Positions 12,593 to 24,819 of a stretch of 64,000 nucleotides of DNA are shown one piece after another. The position numbers were made by a program, and so were the translations under genes. Under the pieces are notes generated by a model, which did no database searches, was not told the DNA's origin, and saw only the letters and a program-made list of their open reading frames with translations. The stretch comes from Raillietiella orientalis. Lineage: Eukaryota. The DNA lies in NCBI GenBank assembly GCA_036172245.1, contig JAYWIR010000009.1, positions 1,240,001 to 1,304,000 on the forward strand, given 5' to 3'. Position 1 is the first letter of the stretch; each line of letters begins with the position of its first letter.

Positions 12593-14311
12593 ATGGCAGA
12601 AATGCCTGAGGACACTGCGATGGAAGTTGGAGAAGGAGAAACGACACGCTCTCCTCCACCAATCAAAGTGGGGGCATCCGCCCCCACGGAATCCGGGGCA
12701 CTTGCCCCATCGGAATCGGGGGCAACCGCCCCTTCGCGACCCTCTTCGCCATTGGCGAGGAGTTGGAGTGACGTCGTTGCTGCACCATCCCCGGATGCAG
12801 TAGCGGAGCAGACTGCCTACAAGGACAGCGGCTACAAGCCGTCTCTGATCTATAAGGTAGGCAGTGTGTTTGATGAAAAAATTGCACGCTCCTTCGAAAT
12901 GGAGCTGCAAAGGCTGAACGTGAGGGAGGAAGACCTTTTAGGCCTATCCGTCCTTAGTGGGGGCCAGCGAGTTGAGCTGACATGCAAAGAGGCAAGTCTG
13001 GCGCAGCGACTGCTGAACACCCCTATTACGGTGGACGGCCGCAGGATCTTCCCTGTGACGGAGGACCGCTCCGTCGTGGTCCACCTCACAGGTGTATCAC
13101 TCCGAATGGACAAAACCAGCGTCCATGAGGAGTTGTCGAAGCATAGTAGTGTGCACGCGTATTGGGCGAAACCCAATGTCTTTCGAACGTACGGAAGGCT
13201 ATTCAGTGGGATGGCCGCAGCCCGCGTCACCCTACCAGAGAATGGTGGGCTTTCCCACAAACTGAATATCGGAGAAGAAAAAGTCGATGTATGGTACGTG
13301 GGTAAGCCCAAGTATTGTGGCCATTGCGATGCTACAGGGCATCTAAAAAAGCGGTGCCCTAAAATCCAATGCCACTTATGTGGAAATAAGGGCCACATCC
13401 GTAAGGTGTGCCCAAGAAGAGAAATCCCGCCCCCATCCGCTGCAAAAAAGGCAAAGGGGAAACGCACGGGAGAGACGCATAAACAGAAACAGGCTGTAAA
13501 CACCCAGATGCCAGTCCCTAAGCCCTCACAGCAAACGTCGGTTGAGAACACTCCCGACGACGCTGGTGACGGCGAAGGCTGGCAGACGGTACAGCCACGA
13601 AGAAAACCCGGGAGTCCCGAACGAAACGCGGTGAAAACAAAAACGCAGCGCGAAAAACCGTGCCGCGAAAAGCTCCGCGCGTGTTCGGTAAAATTAGAAC
13701 GTGTGGAGGCACCCGATGCCGCCACCGGGGGAGCAATCCCCCCCCTCGCGTCCGCCGAAGCCGCGACGGTCGATGGTGAACCCTCTGGCGAAACAGAGGG
13801 GGAACCGCGCGCCACGCTCGACGCGATCGAGGAGGCCGCCTTCCAGCAGGCGGTGGAAGAACTCACGGCTGAACTGCAAGGCCGTGAGAAGAACTCCCGG
13901 AAAGGCTTACGAAGGCCGGCCGCGAGGAAGGCTCCGGATGCAGGTGAGGCCGATCCGGATGCTGGAAGTGCGTCCTCCTCAACGGAGGCGCCACCAAAGA
14001 AGACGGGACGCAAGTCCCAGAATCCCAGGAGGCGCGTACGGATCAAGAAGGAGGAGGATGAACTGGCACTCGAGGGGGAAGCCGGCAGCGTGGGAGGCGA
14101 GGGTGGGAATATCTCATTCCCCGACACCGTGCAGCTAGCGACCCCCATGGAGGAGGATGTGCAGGTGGGTGAACCCCTACTTCCTCTGCAAGGCCCCGAC
14201 GACGAATCGTCCTCCATGGAGGAGGGAGAAGCGGTGCGCGACGCACCTCCTCCTCCTAGCGTCCCGCCCGACAAGGTGGCGGGAGCCCCATTGCCAATTT
14301 CCCAGGATTAA
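12593..14311 (+). CDS. ORF1 gag-like nucleic-acid-binding protein with two CCHC zinc knuckles
   Basis: Uninterrupted ORF (track start 12563; first ATG 12593). Contains CGHCDATGHLKKRC and CHLCGNKGHIRKVC, followed by a long low-complexity tail. Confidence 0.88.
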   Translation: MAEMPEDTAMEVGEGETTRSPPPIKVGASAPTESGALAPSESGATAPSRPSSPLARSWSDVVAAPSPDAVAEQTAYKDSGYKPSLIYKVGSVFDEKIARSFEMELQRLNVREEDLLGLSVLSGGQRVELTCKEASLAQRLLNTPITVDGRRIFPVTEDRSVVVHLTGVSLRMDKTSVHEELSKHSSVHAYWAKPNVFRTYGRLFSGMAAARVTLPENGGLSHKLNIGEEKVDVWYVGKPKYCGHCDATGHLKKRCPKIQCHLCGNKGHIRKVCPRREIPPPSAAKKAKGKRTGETHKQKQAVNTQMPVPKPSQQTSVENTPDDAGDGEGWQTVQPRRKPGSPERNAVKTKTQREKPCREKLRACSVKLERVEAPDAATGGAIPPLASAEAATVDGEPSGETEGEPRATLDAIEEAAFQQAVEELTAELQGREKNSRKGLRRPAARKAPDAGEADPDAGSASSSTEAPPKKTGRKSQNPRRRVRIKKEEDELALEGEAGSVGGEGGNISFPDTVQLATPMEEDVQVGEPLLPLQGPDDESSSMEEGEAVRDAPPPPSVPPDKVAGAPLPISQD

Positions 14312-17300
14312 CACCTGGACTCGCCTGTCGCCGTAGGATACGCGTAGCCTGCTGGAACGTCAACGGGCTGCGCGATGACGGCAACAGGCGGGACACGGCC
14401 GACACCCTGCGTGACTTCGACCTGGCACTCCTGCAGGAGATCCACGTGATCACCGCGGAGAACGCCCAGGAGATCGAAAGGATCGCAGGGGGTCGTCTAT
14501 TTTGGCAATGCGGCGCTCGCAACACCTGTGGCGTCGCGTTTTTTATGAAGCCAGCAGTCGCTTCCTTCGTCAAGGACGTACGATTCGACAAGGACAGTCG
14601 GGTTGGCCAGCTTATCCTTAGGTGGTCCGATTCGATCGACCTTGTCGTGACTAATGTGTACGCTCCGAGCGGAGGACGCGGGTACGGGGAACGTTCCCGG
14701 TTCCTCGAAACCCTGAAGCGCGACTGGCTGGCGGATACAAACGTACGCAAGGCACAGCTGATCGGAGGGGATTTCAACATCCGCCTGCTCTCAGGTGTGC
14801 CTTGCAGGCAAAAAGACGCAACCAACGAGTTGTGTGCCGCTATGCGTACGCGCAACTTGCTGGGGGACCTACCGGAAATGGCCCAAAGCGTAGACCACGT
14901 CTTCCTTGACGCCGACCTGTGCCCACGGGTCGGCAGACGAGGGAAACTTCCGTCGACGCTATCGGACCACTTCCGGTTGATAATCGAGATTATGCCACGC
15001 GACAAAGGACCACCATCCAGGGCGTGGCGTATGCCAGGGGACTGGACGCGCATCTCCGGTGCGGCGGAACATCTCCGTCAGTTCCTGAGAGGCGTCATCC
15101 TCCGCAACCTCGAAGACTGGGACCGCATGAAGGTCTCGGTCCGCGAGTTCTGTGAGGATTTCCCTTTGCACCGCCTGCCCCGAGAATTTGGTGAAGGGGC
15201 CCGCAACGAAAAAGCGTATTTGCACGCCCGTCGTTTCGCAAGGACCCCTGACGTCCGTCGCTTGGCTGAATACAAAGCCGGGGCCGAGCGTCAAGCATGG
15301 CAAACCGGACCACCCAGCGTGCTGGACGATTTGGACCAGGAACACTCGGAGCCGGCTTCGATACGTCGCCTCGTGCGGGATTTTACTCCTCCCTTTACGC
15401 CAGGGCACCTGCGGAGTGGGACGCCTCGCGGCTCCTGCTTCCAGATGGAACCGCGGCCATAGATGAGGAGGAGAAGGAAAGCCTCGACGAGCCTTTTACG
15501 ACCGGGGAAATCATCAACGCGATTAAAAGGCTCAAAAGGAGTAAGGCGCCAGGGGAGGACGGCCTGCCGGCGGAGTTCTTTCAGTGCTTCGTCGCAGAGC
15601 TGACCCCCCTGGTGCTCAAATTGACATCGCTGATCCGAGACCAAGGCGAGGTTCCTTCCTCGTTTCGGTCAGCCAGGGTGAGGCTTCTCCCTAAGGGAGG
15701 AGACCTCAGGAAATTGAGCAACTGGCGTCCGATTACGATAGTGAACACGGACGCCAAGCTGCTGGCCGGACTGTGGGCTGCGCGACTGGGACAGGTAGCT
15801 GACAGCTCCGTCAGCCCGGAACAGACGTACGCTGTTCCCGGGCGAAGCATGGAAGTGAACCTGTTCTTCGCCAGCACATGGTTCAATCTACAATACGAAG
15901 AAAAAGAGAAGAAAAAAAACAAAATGACGACAAAGCTAATTTGGGAACGCCAGCGCGGCAAACAAGGGACTGCCGGGAAGGGAAGGGGGCTTTAGCGATC
16001 GCAGTCGATCTGCACAAAGCGTTCGACTGCGTGGAACAGGAACTCCTTCTGGAGCTCCTGGATCGCATGGGCTTCCCGGACACTTTATTGGCTTACCTGC
16101 GCGCCTGCTGGCGCAATGCGATCATTAACTTATTTTTTAGAGGACAGCATGTGTTCGGCGTACCGGTGAGGCGCGGCATACGGCAGGGCGACAGCCTGAG
16201 TCCCCTACTCTTCAGCACCTATTGCGAACTGGTGCTGAGAGCATACAGGGTGACATTGGCTGCCCTGCCAAGCTCGTGTCCAGGTACGCCGGCCGTGTCA
16301 GCGTACGCTGACGATCTTTTGCTCCTGCTGCCCATGTCCGCCCCGGCTTCGGCAGTCGAAGATTTCTTCGACTTGTTGAGCCGGGGACAGGACTACAGGT
16401 GAACAGGACGAAGTCGTCGCTGGTTGCGGTTGGTACAACATGGGCGGAACGACCTGATTGGATCCGCCTGGGGATCCCCACGGAGAGGTACTTGAAGTAC
16501 CTCGGCGTTCCGTTGGGGGATTTCTGTCAGTCAGAAGCCTGGTCAGGTCGTCTCCAAAAAGTGGAGTCAGCGATCGGCCCGTTCCTGGAAGGCAAGCTTC
16601 ACTTGCCGGAACGGGCCGCGGTGTGGAACGCGTTCGCGGCCCCCCTCCTTCGCCCCCTGCTTTTTGTTTGCTCCGTACCCCGTGAGATGAAAAAGAGAAC
16701 GAAGGACCTCCTGCGCATCGCCCTGTGGGGCGGCGGGAGGCCTCGTTTGCCTTTAAAGGATTTGTGCGCTCCATGTCGGGACGGAGGTCTTAGCGTCCTG
16801 ACGATGGAGCGAGTGGAAACACAGCTGCGGTGGCGTATCGTAGCCATCGCAGCGAAAATGTGGAACACCCCGTGGTGCGTACCGGCCCGCCTTCTCGCCA
16901 GACGTGTGTCCGAAACTGAAGGACTCGCGTCTTTTCTTCTGTGCCCCGGCCGGAAAAAAAGAAGATGCGGACTTCTCCTGAAACGCATGGCCACCCTGGC
17001 AAAGGAGAACGGGTGGATGGCCTGCAGCCCCGCCAACTCCAGCGCATGGCTATAAGAAACAGTTGGAACGTGGGCAAAGTTAAACGACATCAGTGGAGAA
17101 TCCTGCAACCGCCTGAGCACCGGCATCTACACCCGCTGCACGCTGCGGAACATGATGGTGTGTCCCGCCAGAAGCACATGGGCGGAGACGACCCCACTGG
17201 CCACAGCGCTGCCCTTCCTACGAAGGGCGCTTCAAAACAGCCGGAAGCCGAGGTGGCAAGTCTCCTGCCGGATAGCGGGCAAAGAGAAGGATCTGACTGG

Positions 17301-17405
17301 GTGGACCATGAGGGAACTGGCTGACGCCGCGACCCCAAGAGTTCACCCGCATGGACTACGGAGATGGGGCGAGCTGCTTGGCATCCCGGTGGATGACCTA
17401 AAGTG
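14290..17405 (+). pseudogene. ORF2 (APE endonuclease + reverse transcriptase), frameshifted
   Basis: APE motifs: IRVACWNVNGL, LLQE, NVYAP, GGDFN, VDHV, LSDH. RT motifs: KAPGEDG, NWRPIT, VDLHKAFD, GIRQGDSLSPLLF, YADD, YLG. Frameshifts near 15420, 15950 and 16385; stop at 17053. Confidence 0.9.
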
Positions 17406-18165
17406 AAACACGGGGAAGTTTTCACCCGGTCACGCCGGGGCGTTTACTCCTAAACAATTTGTTTTCGTGGTACGAGGCCCCGCTACGGCCAATAGTTCTT
17501 TGGACCTGCCGGGAAGCCGGCTCGCAGGCCGGCTTGACTCTCCTCGGCAGCGGAGGGGGTTAGGGGTAAAAACGAAAAAAAAATAAAAGAAATAAACGAA
17601 AAGAAACTATTTGGAGGGCCGGGAAGGGATCACAGCCCGCTGGAGGAAGAGACCATCCTTTCGAGGATGCCCTCGAGGTCCCTCTTCATTGTTCCCAGAT
17701 GGGACCAGCCGATCGCGATTCGCAGGTATCGATTAGCGTGTACGATGGGATCCCTGTCGCTGCTTCCTCTGTTGGCTGCGCTCCACGCGGCCACAATCCC
17801 TCGGAGGCAGCAAAGTGCTGCCAGGGCTGAGGCTGGTGTCAGGGCGTGCCAGGGCTGAGGCTGGTGTCAGAGCGTGTCGCACAAAGAGGAGTCTCATAAC
17901 GTCTCTTGGGGTGCTGCCTACCGGCATTGAAAGGTTCGTAGCAAAACGTTCCCACAAGGGCCGGAGGGCAGCGCAGTCCACTAACAGATGGGGGAGGGAT
18001 TCCTTCTCCCCGCACACTGCACAGTTATGTTCAACATTCCCCCACGTCCAGTGGTGGCGACGCGCGTTGCAGGGAAGACCCCAGTGCAACAACAACAGCG
18101 CCGTTTCCTGCCACTTTAGGGGGAGGATGGATGAATCAATGAACGACGGGGGCAAAGAGAAGGAT

Positions 18166-19125
18166 CCAGTCAGATCCTTCTCTTTGCCCGCTATCCGGCA
18201 GGAGACTTGCCACCTCGGCTTCCGGCTGTTTTGAAGCGCCCTTCGTAGGAAGGGCAGCGCTGTGGCCAGTGGGGTCGTCTCCGCCCATGTGCTTCTGGCG
18301 GGACACACCATCATGTTCCGCAGCGTGCAGCGGGTGTAGATGCCGGTGCTCAGGCGGTTGCAGGATTCTCCACTGATGTCGTTTAACTTTGCCCACGTTC
18401 CAACTGTTTCTTATAGCCATGCGCTGGAGTTGGCGGGGCTGCAGGCCATCCACCCGTTCTCCTTTGCCAGGGTGGCCATGCGTTTCAGGAGAAGTCCGCA
18501 TCTTCTTTTTTTCCGGCCGGGGCACAGAAGAAAAGACGCGAGTCCTTCAGTTTCGGACACACGTCTGGCGAGAAGGCGGGCCGGTACGCACCACGGGGTG
18601 TTCCACATTTTCGCTGCGATGGCTACGATACGCCACCGCAGCTGTGTTTCCACTCGCTCCATCGTCAGGACGCTAAGACCTCCGTCCCGACATGGAGCGC
18701 ACAAATCCTTTAAAGGCAAACGAGGCCTCCCGCCGCCCCACAGGGCGATGCGCAGGAGGTCCTTCGTTCTCTTTTTCATCTCACGGGGTACGGAGCAAAC
18801 AAAAAGCAGGGGGCGAAGGAGGGGGGCCGCGAACGCGTTCCACACCGTGGCCCGTTCCGGCAAGTGAAACTGGGCTTCCAGGAAGGGGTCGATCGCCGAT
18901 TCCACTTTCTGGAGACAAGCTGACCAGGCTCCTGACTGGCAGAAGTCCCCCAACGGAACGCCGAGGTACTTCAAGTACCTCTCCGTGGGGATCCCCAGGC
19001 GGATCCAATCAGGTCGTTCCGCCCATGTTGTACCAACCGCAACCAGCGATGACTTCGTCCTGTTCACCCGTAGTCCTGTCCAGAGGCTCAGCAAGTCGAA
19101 GAAATCCTCGACTGCCGAAGCCGGG
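18166..19125 (-). repeat. Inverted copy of family A ORF2 segment 16342-17300
   Basis: Antisense ORF 16599..17126(-) and ORF 18340..18867(+) translate identically except for one residue. The outer ~280 bp carries several substitutions. Confidence 0.92.
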
Positions 19126-21765
19126 ACACGTTAGGATATGTAACCTCGGATGGTCAGATAGCAAAGTTTGCACGTCCCAAAAACTTTGAATGCGATTCTC
19201 GATTTCTGCACTGTATAAGACATGGTCAATCGGTTCGTGGCTGGCTGTTCTCCACTGCAGTCCAAATTCGTCAGACAGCCTTTTGTATGCCGTCCTCCCT
19301 CTGGCGTCCTGAGAATGTGTGATTTCGTTCCGAATATTAAGATCTCCTGCAATAATAACGATGTCTTTGGTTGCCATTCTCTTGCGTAGTGCTTCTTGCA
19401 AGACTTCCGCACATTTGTGTTTAAATTTGTGTGGTCCGTATACGTTTATCACGAAGAGGTGGACGTTAGCAGGCCATGCTAGCCGTACGCCAATATTTCG
19501 TCCTGGCACTGGGCAAAAGGTTTCCAAGATGGCGTGAGCGAGCTAATTTTTAATCGCCACACCCAAGGTTTTTCTCTGTCCTTCGCTGACAAACAGTTGG
19601 CCATTCAAGAGTCGTTCCAGATCTGAAGTATTTTAGTATCCCATTTGATGGGTTTCTTGTAGGCATATGATGTCTTGTTGTGCGATCTTTCGTACAATTC
19701 TTTTTCTTCTCCTTTGGTCTGACAATCCATTAATATTCCAGGAGACAATATTGATCCTCCTGTTGGTTGATAGGAACGAGGCCATGAATGGTTGTTTTTA
19801 CTTTCTTACTTTCCTTCATTTCGTTTACCGGGGAGAAACTTTCTTTCTTCCAGAGACCACAGGCTTTTCGCTTCCTGCATTGCTTTCCGTGCCAGTGAGG
19901 TCGGTGGTCTCCGACTTCTCACCGGCTCAGACTGTAAGCTTCTCCAAGCTCACCCTTTCGCAGTAATCTGCTTCTGCTTTAAGAAGCTTGTTCTCCAGCT
20001 TCTCCCTATGGGCCACTTCCACCGTCTTGTTGATGTCATCTTGAACTTCGCAAAGTCGCCGGATCAGCCGTTCCTGTTCCTTCTTTCCTTCGATTTTTCC
20101 CTCTAAACGTCTTCCGCTAACTTTTCCAGACCTTCATCGACCTGCAGGATTTCTTCCGTAGCCGTGACACTCCCTATCTCTACGCTATCATCATCTCCCT
20201 CTTCTTCCGCCATCTCGCTTTCTTCACCTATTTCCTTTACTTCTTCCACCTCCTCGGGTACCTCCTGTTTCCTCGGGGGTGCTCCCTTTCTCCCCTTCCT
20301 CCTTACTTCCACAAAGCCATCTTCGGACACACTTGGGGCTACTCCCCTTTTCCTCGCCTTCTCTGCAACTTTCCTCGACACTTCTGCCGGTTTTTCTACT
20401 CTTTCCCTCACCGGGAAAAAACCTCGCATAGTACGCCACTTCGCGAACTTTGGACAGTTTGCATGCCCCGAAGTCTTGCAAAAGGCGCACGCCGCCGGCA
20501 TCTGGCACGACCTGACCTGGTGCCCAATGTTCCCACACCGGAAGCATTTGGACCTTGGACAAGTACTGACCGTATGTCCGAAGTACTTGCACCCTCTGCA
20601 GAAAATAGGCTGTTGTCTATATCGAACGTAGACCTCTTGGGAGTCGGCATCAATGTGCTGCAGCCATGGTATCTGAGCCCCTTCTCACAACTTCATTCTT
20701 GCCCTTACGTCTCCGGAAAATACTTTTCCGGCAATGTTCCTGAATTCTACATCCAAGACTTCACCGTATTTGGATAGGAAGTTGCAGATGGCTTGCTTGT
20801 TTGACGTTATGCAAACGCCCCCTAAGAACACTGTGGTGTATGGCATCTCACCGATGCCTCTCATCCATCGTCCTTGGATGTTAATTCCTTTTTCGATCAG
20901 ATCTTCAATTAAGGGTTCACTATCCGTGTATATGGTGAACCCTGTTGTGCTGGGTATTATTGTTTGCACTCATCAAAGTCTACATTAGCCTTAAAGAGGG
21001 CTAGGTAGACTTCTCTTTTGTTACTTATACGTATAAGACCAGTTTCAAACGTGACTGGCTTCACGTCTGCAGTTGTCCGGTTCATCTCTGTTTTCGATCT
21101 CTCTGGATTCTGGCTTACCGAAGTTGCGATTCTGTTGGGCACTAGTGCCCGCCGTCACCGTTGCATACGACTCTTGTTGACTCGTCGCGTTCACTTCCGA
21201 CGATGATCCACTTTCTGACTGCTCTACCTGACTCTGTCCCTGCACGTTGCCTTTGAACTGCCGTGCTTCCGACACTGCCGACCCACATACCTGTTGACTC
21301 TCCCTTTCCGGTCACAGATACAGCCGTGGGTGCTTTCATTGTACAGTGTCCCGACACTGTCTCGGTCGTCTCTCGTTCACTTGCATGTCCCTGCCTGATG
21401 GCGATGTATTGCTGGGCTCTTGCCGTCGAGGTCATAGACATGTCCGGAGGCATTCGCCCTACGCATTGTCCTGACGCTATCTGGGTCGACGCCCTTCCGA
21501 TCGGTCGCCCCTGCATCTTAGCAGTGGACTGCCGGTCTCCCGTCGTTGACGAGGGACACAGACCTTCCACTTTACTCTTGTTCTTCGGAGTTGATCAAGA
21601 TCTTTTTTTACTCTTTCTACACTGTTTTCTGGTCACAGTCTGAAAAATGCTATTTTTAACACTTTTAACTTGCCCGCTTGGGTCACGCAAAAATTGCCGC
21701 GGCAGTTATGTTACTCACTGCCTTGGAGGGGTATTGGGTAAAGTTTTCAAATAGCAATAATCGCG
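19126..21765 (-). mobile_element. Tx1-like family B element, 5' part (ORF1 + APE), 3'-truncated
   Basis: ORF1 pieces with three CCHC knuckles (FCRGCKYFGH, CFRCGNIGH, CAFCKTSGH). APE motifs INIVSWNING, NVYGP, AGDLN, IDHV, LSDH. The 5' terminus is shared with the element at 35127. Confidence 0.88.
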
Positions 21766-21989
21766 GCTCAGTCGCCTTCCTCGCCTACGATACTGCCCAT
21801 GCGTTAGCACCCACTTCGAACTGGTGCTGTGGTCGCACAGGTAAAATCCGAGTCGCCTGCCACGGGTATGCCGAGTTTTTGCTCCTGATATGCCAGGGCA
21901 TCTATAATTCAAATTTAACAAATAATATTTTATAATAAAGTCTATGAGTTTTTTTGATGCAGAAAACGTGGTTCCGGCTGTCCTTGTAA

Positions 21990-23260
21990 CGCTTGTCTCT
22001 ATGGACTTGCAGCTCGGTAAGGTCTTCGTCTCTGGCGCAGGGGATGGGAAAACCTCAGAACAAAAAAAAAAAAAGAGGTGGAAGGGAGGGTCAATGTTCT
22101 CCAACATGGAAAGGGAAGGGATCACTGCTCCCAGCGAGTGGTCCTCTGCATCCGGTTTGAAATGCGAACAAGTGGGGATCTCAAAGTTTGAAGCTGGCGC
22201 CCTCGAGAAGCTTTCTCCATGGAGATGGCTGCATGGTGAATGGCATTCCGGCTGTTGCTGCCTCTTCGCAATCCATTCCATCTATCCGGGATTCTGCGTA
22301 CGCAACAGGGTACTCTTACACACACAGCCGCCATCAAGGCGTCCTGCATCAGCAGGCGATGGAAAATGCTCTTTAGATCGGCAACCGCATTGTTTCAGCT
22401 CTATGAAAGTCAATTCCACATTGAATGGAAGGCGATACATTCGTTTCGCAGAGGAGGAAAGTTTTCCCTTTCTCCCCAGCCTGCAGAATTGGAATGCACA
22501 TAACCAATGTTCAGAGGGGAAAACGTGCTCTACAAAGGAGTCCCCAATGAAACACTAGCAACGCAGTTCCCTGCTATTCCAGGGAGAAGGTGTCGTTGTC
22601 CAACACCACCACCGTCCTCTGGGTGCCACTTCACTTCCTCCGGAGGAATGCCGAGCAGCACTCCCCTGCGCACCAGTCCTTCAGCTGAGAAACTGGGGCT
22701 ATGCCCAATTACACCAGCGGTGTCGGCTTATACCGACGATCTGCTGCTGCTGCACCCCATGTTCACCTCGGCATCGGCGCTCGAAAATCTCTTCGAGCTG
22801 CTACGCCGGAGGACAAGAATGAACAGAAGGAAATCCTCCGCGGTTGTAATCTGTTTGACGTGATCAGGGCTGTAGGACTGGTTCCGAATGAAAATTTCTG
22901 CGATCCTCTACTTCAAGTATCACGGTGTGCCGTTGAAGGGATGCGTGATCCAGCTGCCTCTAAAAGGCTGACACGGCGATACTCCCATTTCTGGATGGCC
23001 AACGTTTCTTGTCGGAACGGACTGCGGTATAGAACACGTTCATGGCTCCACTTTTGCATGCCTAGCTTTCTGTTTGCTCCTCAATCCAGAATAGTAAGAA
23101 AGAAAAGTAGAACCTCGAAGTGATCGATTTCTGTAACAAAAAGGGGTCGAGAGCCAAATTCGAGGACAAGGGCACACTACCAAGGGATGACGGCCACGGA
23201 ATCCCTATACCGGAGCGGCACAGCTTCAGCTCCAGATAGAGATTCTTTCTTTTGAGACGA
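21990..23260. mobile_element. Old family A-related fragments (minus-strand 3' end ~21990-22560; plus-strand RT C-terminal piece ~22700-23260)
   Basis: TPAVSAYTDDLLLL..ALENLFELL..MNRRKSS on + matches family A RT. The minus-strand segment resembles the ORF2 end and T-rich 3' UTR. Confidence 0.6.
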
Positions 23261-24231
23261 AGTTATGGAGCATCAAGTGCTGCGTTCAGGCGAAACAACG
23301 CTTGCACACTCCGAGAGATCCTGGAGGATCCCAGTGAAAGGGGGTGAGCAGTAAGAACTTTAATCTCCATAGCGCTGTCATCACTCAGGGAATAGCTCAG
23401 CAGCAGCATAGCGAAGAAATAAAGAGTGAAGATCATCACTTTCCGCGGACAGAAAGGACCGGGCGTGTGAAACAGGAGCAGCTCAACGACGCCTAAAGTA
23501 AGCCCTGTGGCGGAGAAACCTGTTAAACCAAAGAAGGAGACCAACAAAATCAGCCAGCCATTTTGGAAAACAGAACCCTTCAGTAAAAGATGGATTCGCC
23601 GTGGCTGCTGTTCAGAGCAGTTCTTGAAACTAAAAGAAAGATTTCCTATACCAATGAGGCAAACATCCGCACTACAACCAACAGACGCAAAAGAAGCCCT
23701 CAAATCATGGATGGGAAGGAGACGGCTGATGGAGGATGCTGATGGCTATGAAAGACGGGAAACCACCAGTTCACGTTCAAGTGGATAATTTCGAAAAGTT
23801 TCGACCACGACTTCTTTTTTTAAGAGGAGAAACATATTCTAGAACTGCTTTCATGAGTTCAATTTCGAAGAAGGGAAGCAAAATGGAGATCAGTTCTTAA
23901 GTAATACCAACGGTGCAGATTTTCGCAAACTTTCTGTGAATACAAATTAGAAGAAACACAAAACCAAATGTCGGCATAGGTAAATAAAAACAAGAATGAG
24001 ACATGCGAGAATAAGTGGTGGACAGACTTTCCTGTGGCAACAAGAAAAGCGAACAAAAATGCAGCATAACCCAGGAAACCAATTCAAAATACCTAACTTT
24101 ATTTCTCCGTTTCAGTCACATACTTAGTTTCATCTCATAGAAAATTCCTGATAAACGCTTTCAGAAAGGTAAACAACTAAATATTACAGAAACACATCCC
24201 TGAAAACCCTAAAATTGTAGGGTTTTCCACC

Positions 24232-24618
24232 ATGAACACAGAATTTCAGGAACTGACGCCCCTTCACCACACGACGATCCTCAAAGCAATAGACTTACTG
24301 GTCGACTGGGTAATCACAACTGAATATGTGGACGCATACAATAGCGAGGTCCTTTGGAGTTTCATCATTACTGCAAAAACAGATTACGACATTGGAAGAA
24401 TGACATTCATTTCTAACTATTTGAAAACAAAACTCCGGGACAGTGGAATAGCCAAAATGAGAGATCTGTACGTAATACTCAGCAATAATCGTTATAGAAA
24501 GAACCCGTTCTTAAGAATTTTAACCGCCCTCATAGACGATCGACGACCGCGCACCAACGATGAACTGAGACTTCTGGCATTAATACTGTACTACTGGATA
24601 CTATTCACAGGCCCGTGA
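24232..24618 (+). CDS. Orphan 128-aa intronless ORF of unknown function
   Basis: CCACCATG start context, an uninterrupted protein-like ORF, then AATAAA merging into an A-tract (~24634-24653). No family recognised. Confidence 0.45.
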   Translation: MNTEFQELTPLHHTTILKAIDLLVDWVITTEYVDAYNSEVLWSFIITAKTDYDIGRMTFISNYLKTKLRDSGIAKMRDLYVILSNNRYRKNPFLRILTALIDDRRPRTNDELRLLALILYYWILFTGP

Positions 24619-24693
24619 AAACCAAAATCTTCAAATAAAAAAAAAAAAAAAAATCCCATGTGGTGAATCTAAAATACACAAGAATATACCGAG

Positions 24694-24793
24694 TTAAGTT
24701 AGGCTAGGTTAGGTTAAATTGTGTTAGGTTAGGTTAGGTGGCATACGGTTAGGTTAGGTTAGCTTACATGAGGTTCGGTTCGGTTGGGTTCGG
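24694..24793 (+). repeat. Interstitial telomere-like (TTAGG)n tract grading into TTCGG/TTGGG variants
   Basis: ttaggctaggttaggtt..ttaggttaggttagg..ttaggttaggttag..ggttcggttcggttgggttcgg. Confidence 0.8.
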
Positions 24794-24819
24794 ACTGCGT
24801 GCGTTATTCTTTTTTTTCG

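Larger units (their letters stand above)
12497..18153 (+). mobile_element. Full-length L1/Tx1-clade non-LTR retrotransposon (family A) with its 3' ~735 bp inverted
   Basis: 5' UTR, ORF1 and APE-RT ORF2 run on + to 17405. The missing 3' part lies on the minus strand at 17420-18153. 12-bp TSD: acttccccatgt (12485-12496) and acttccccgtgt (reverse complement of 17408-17419). Confidence 0.9.

Noticed and set aside
12850..14274. 474-aa minus-strand ORF and other long GC-rich ORFs (e.g. 79-888, 10216-11112)
   Set aside because: These are antisense shadows of TE coding sequence or stop-poor GC-rich DNA, with no recognisable domains.
17818..17875. 28-bp tandem duplication in the inverted ORF2 tail
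   Set aside because: An ordinary local slippage mutation that frameshifts a dead copy.
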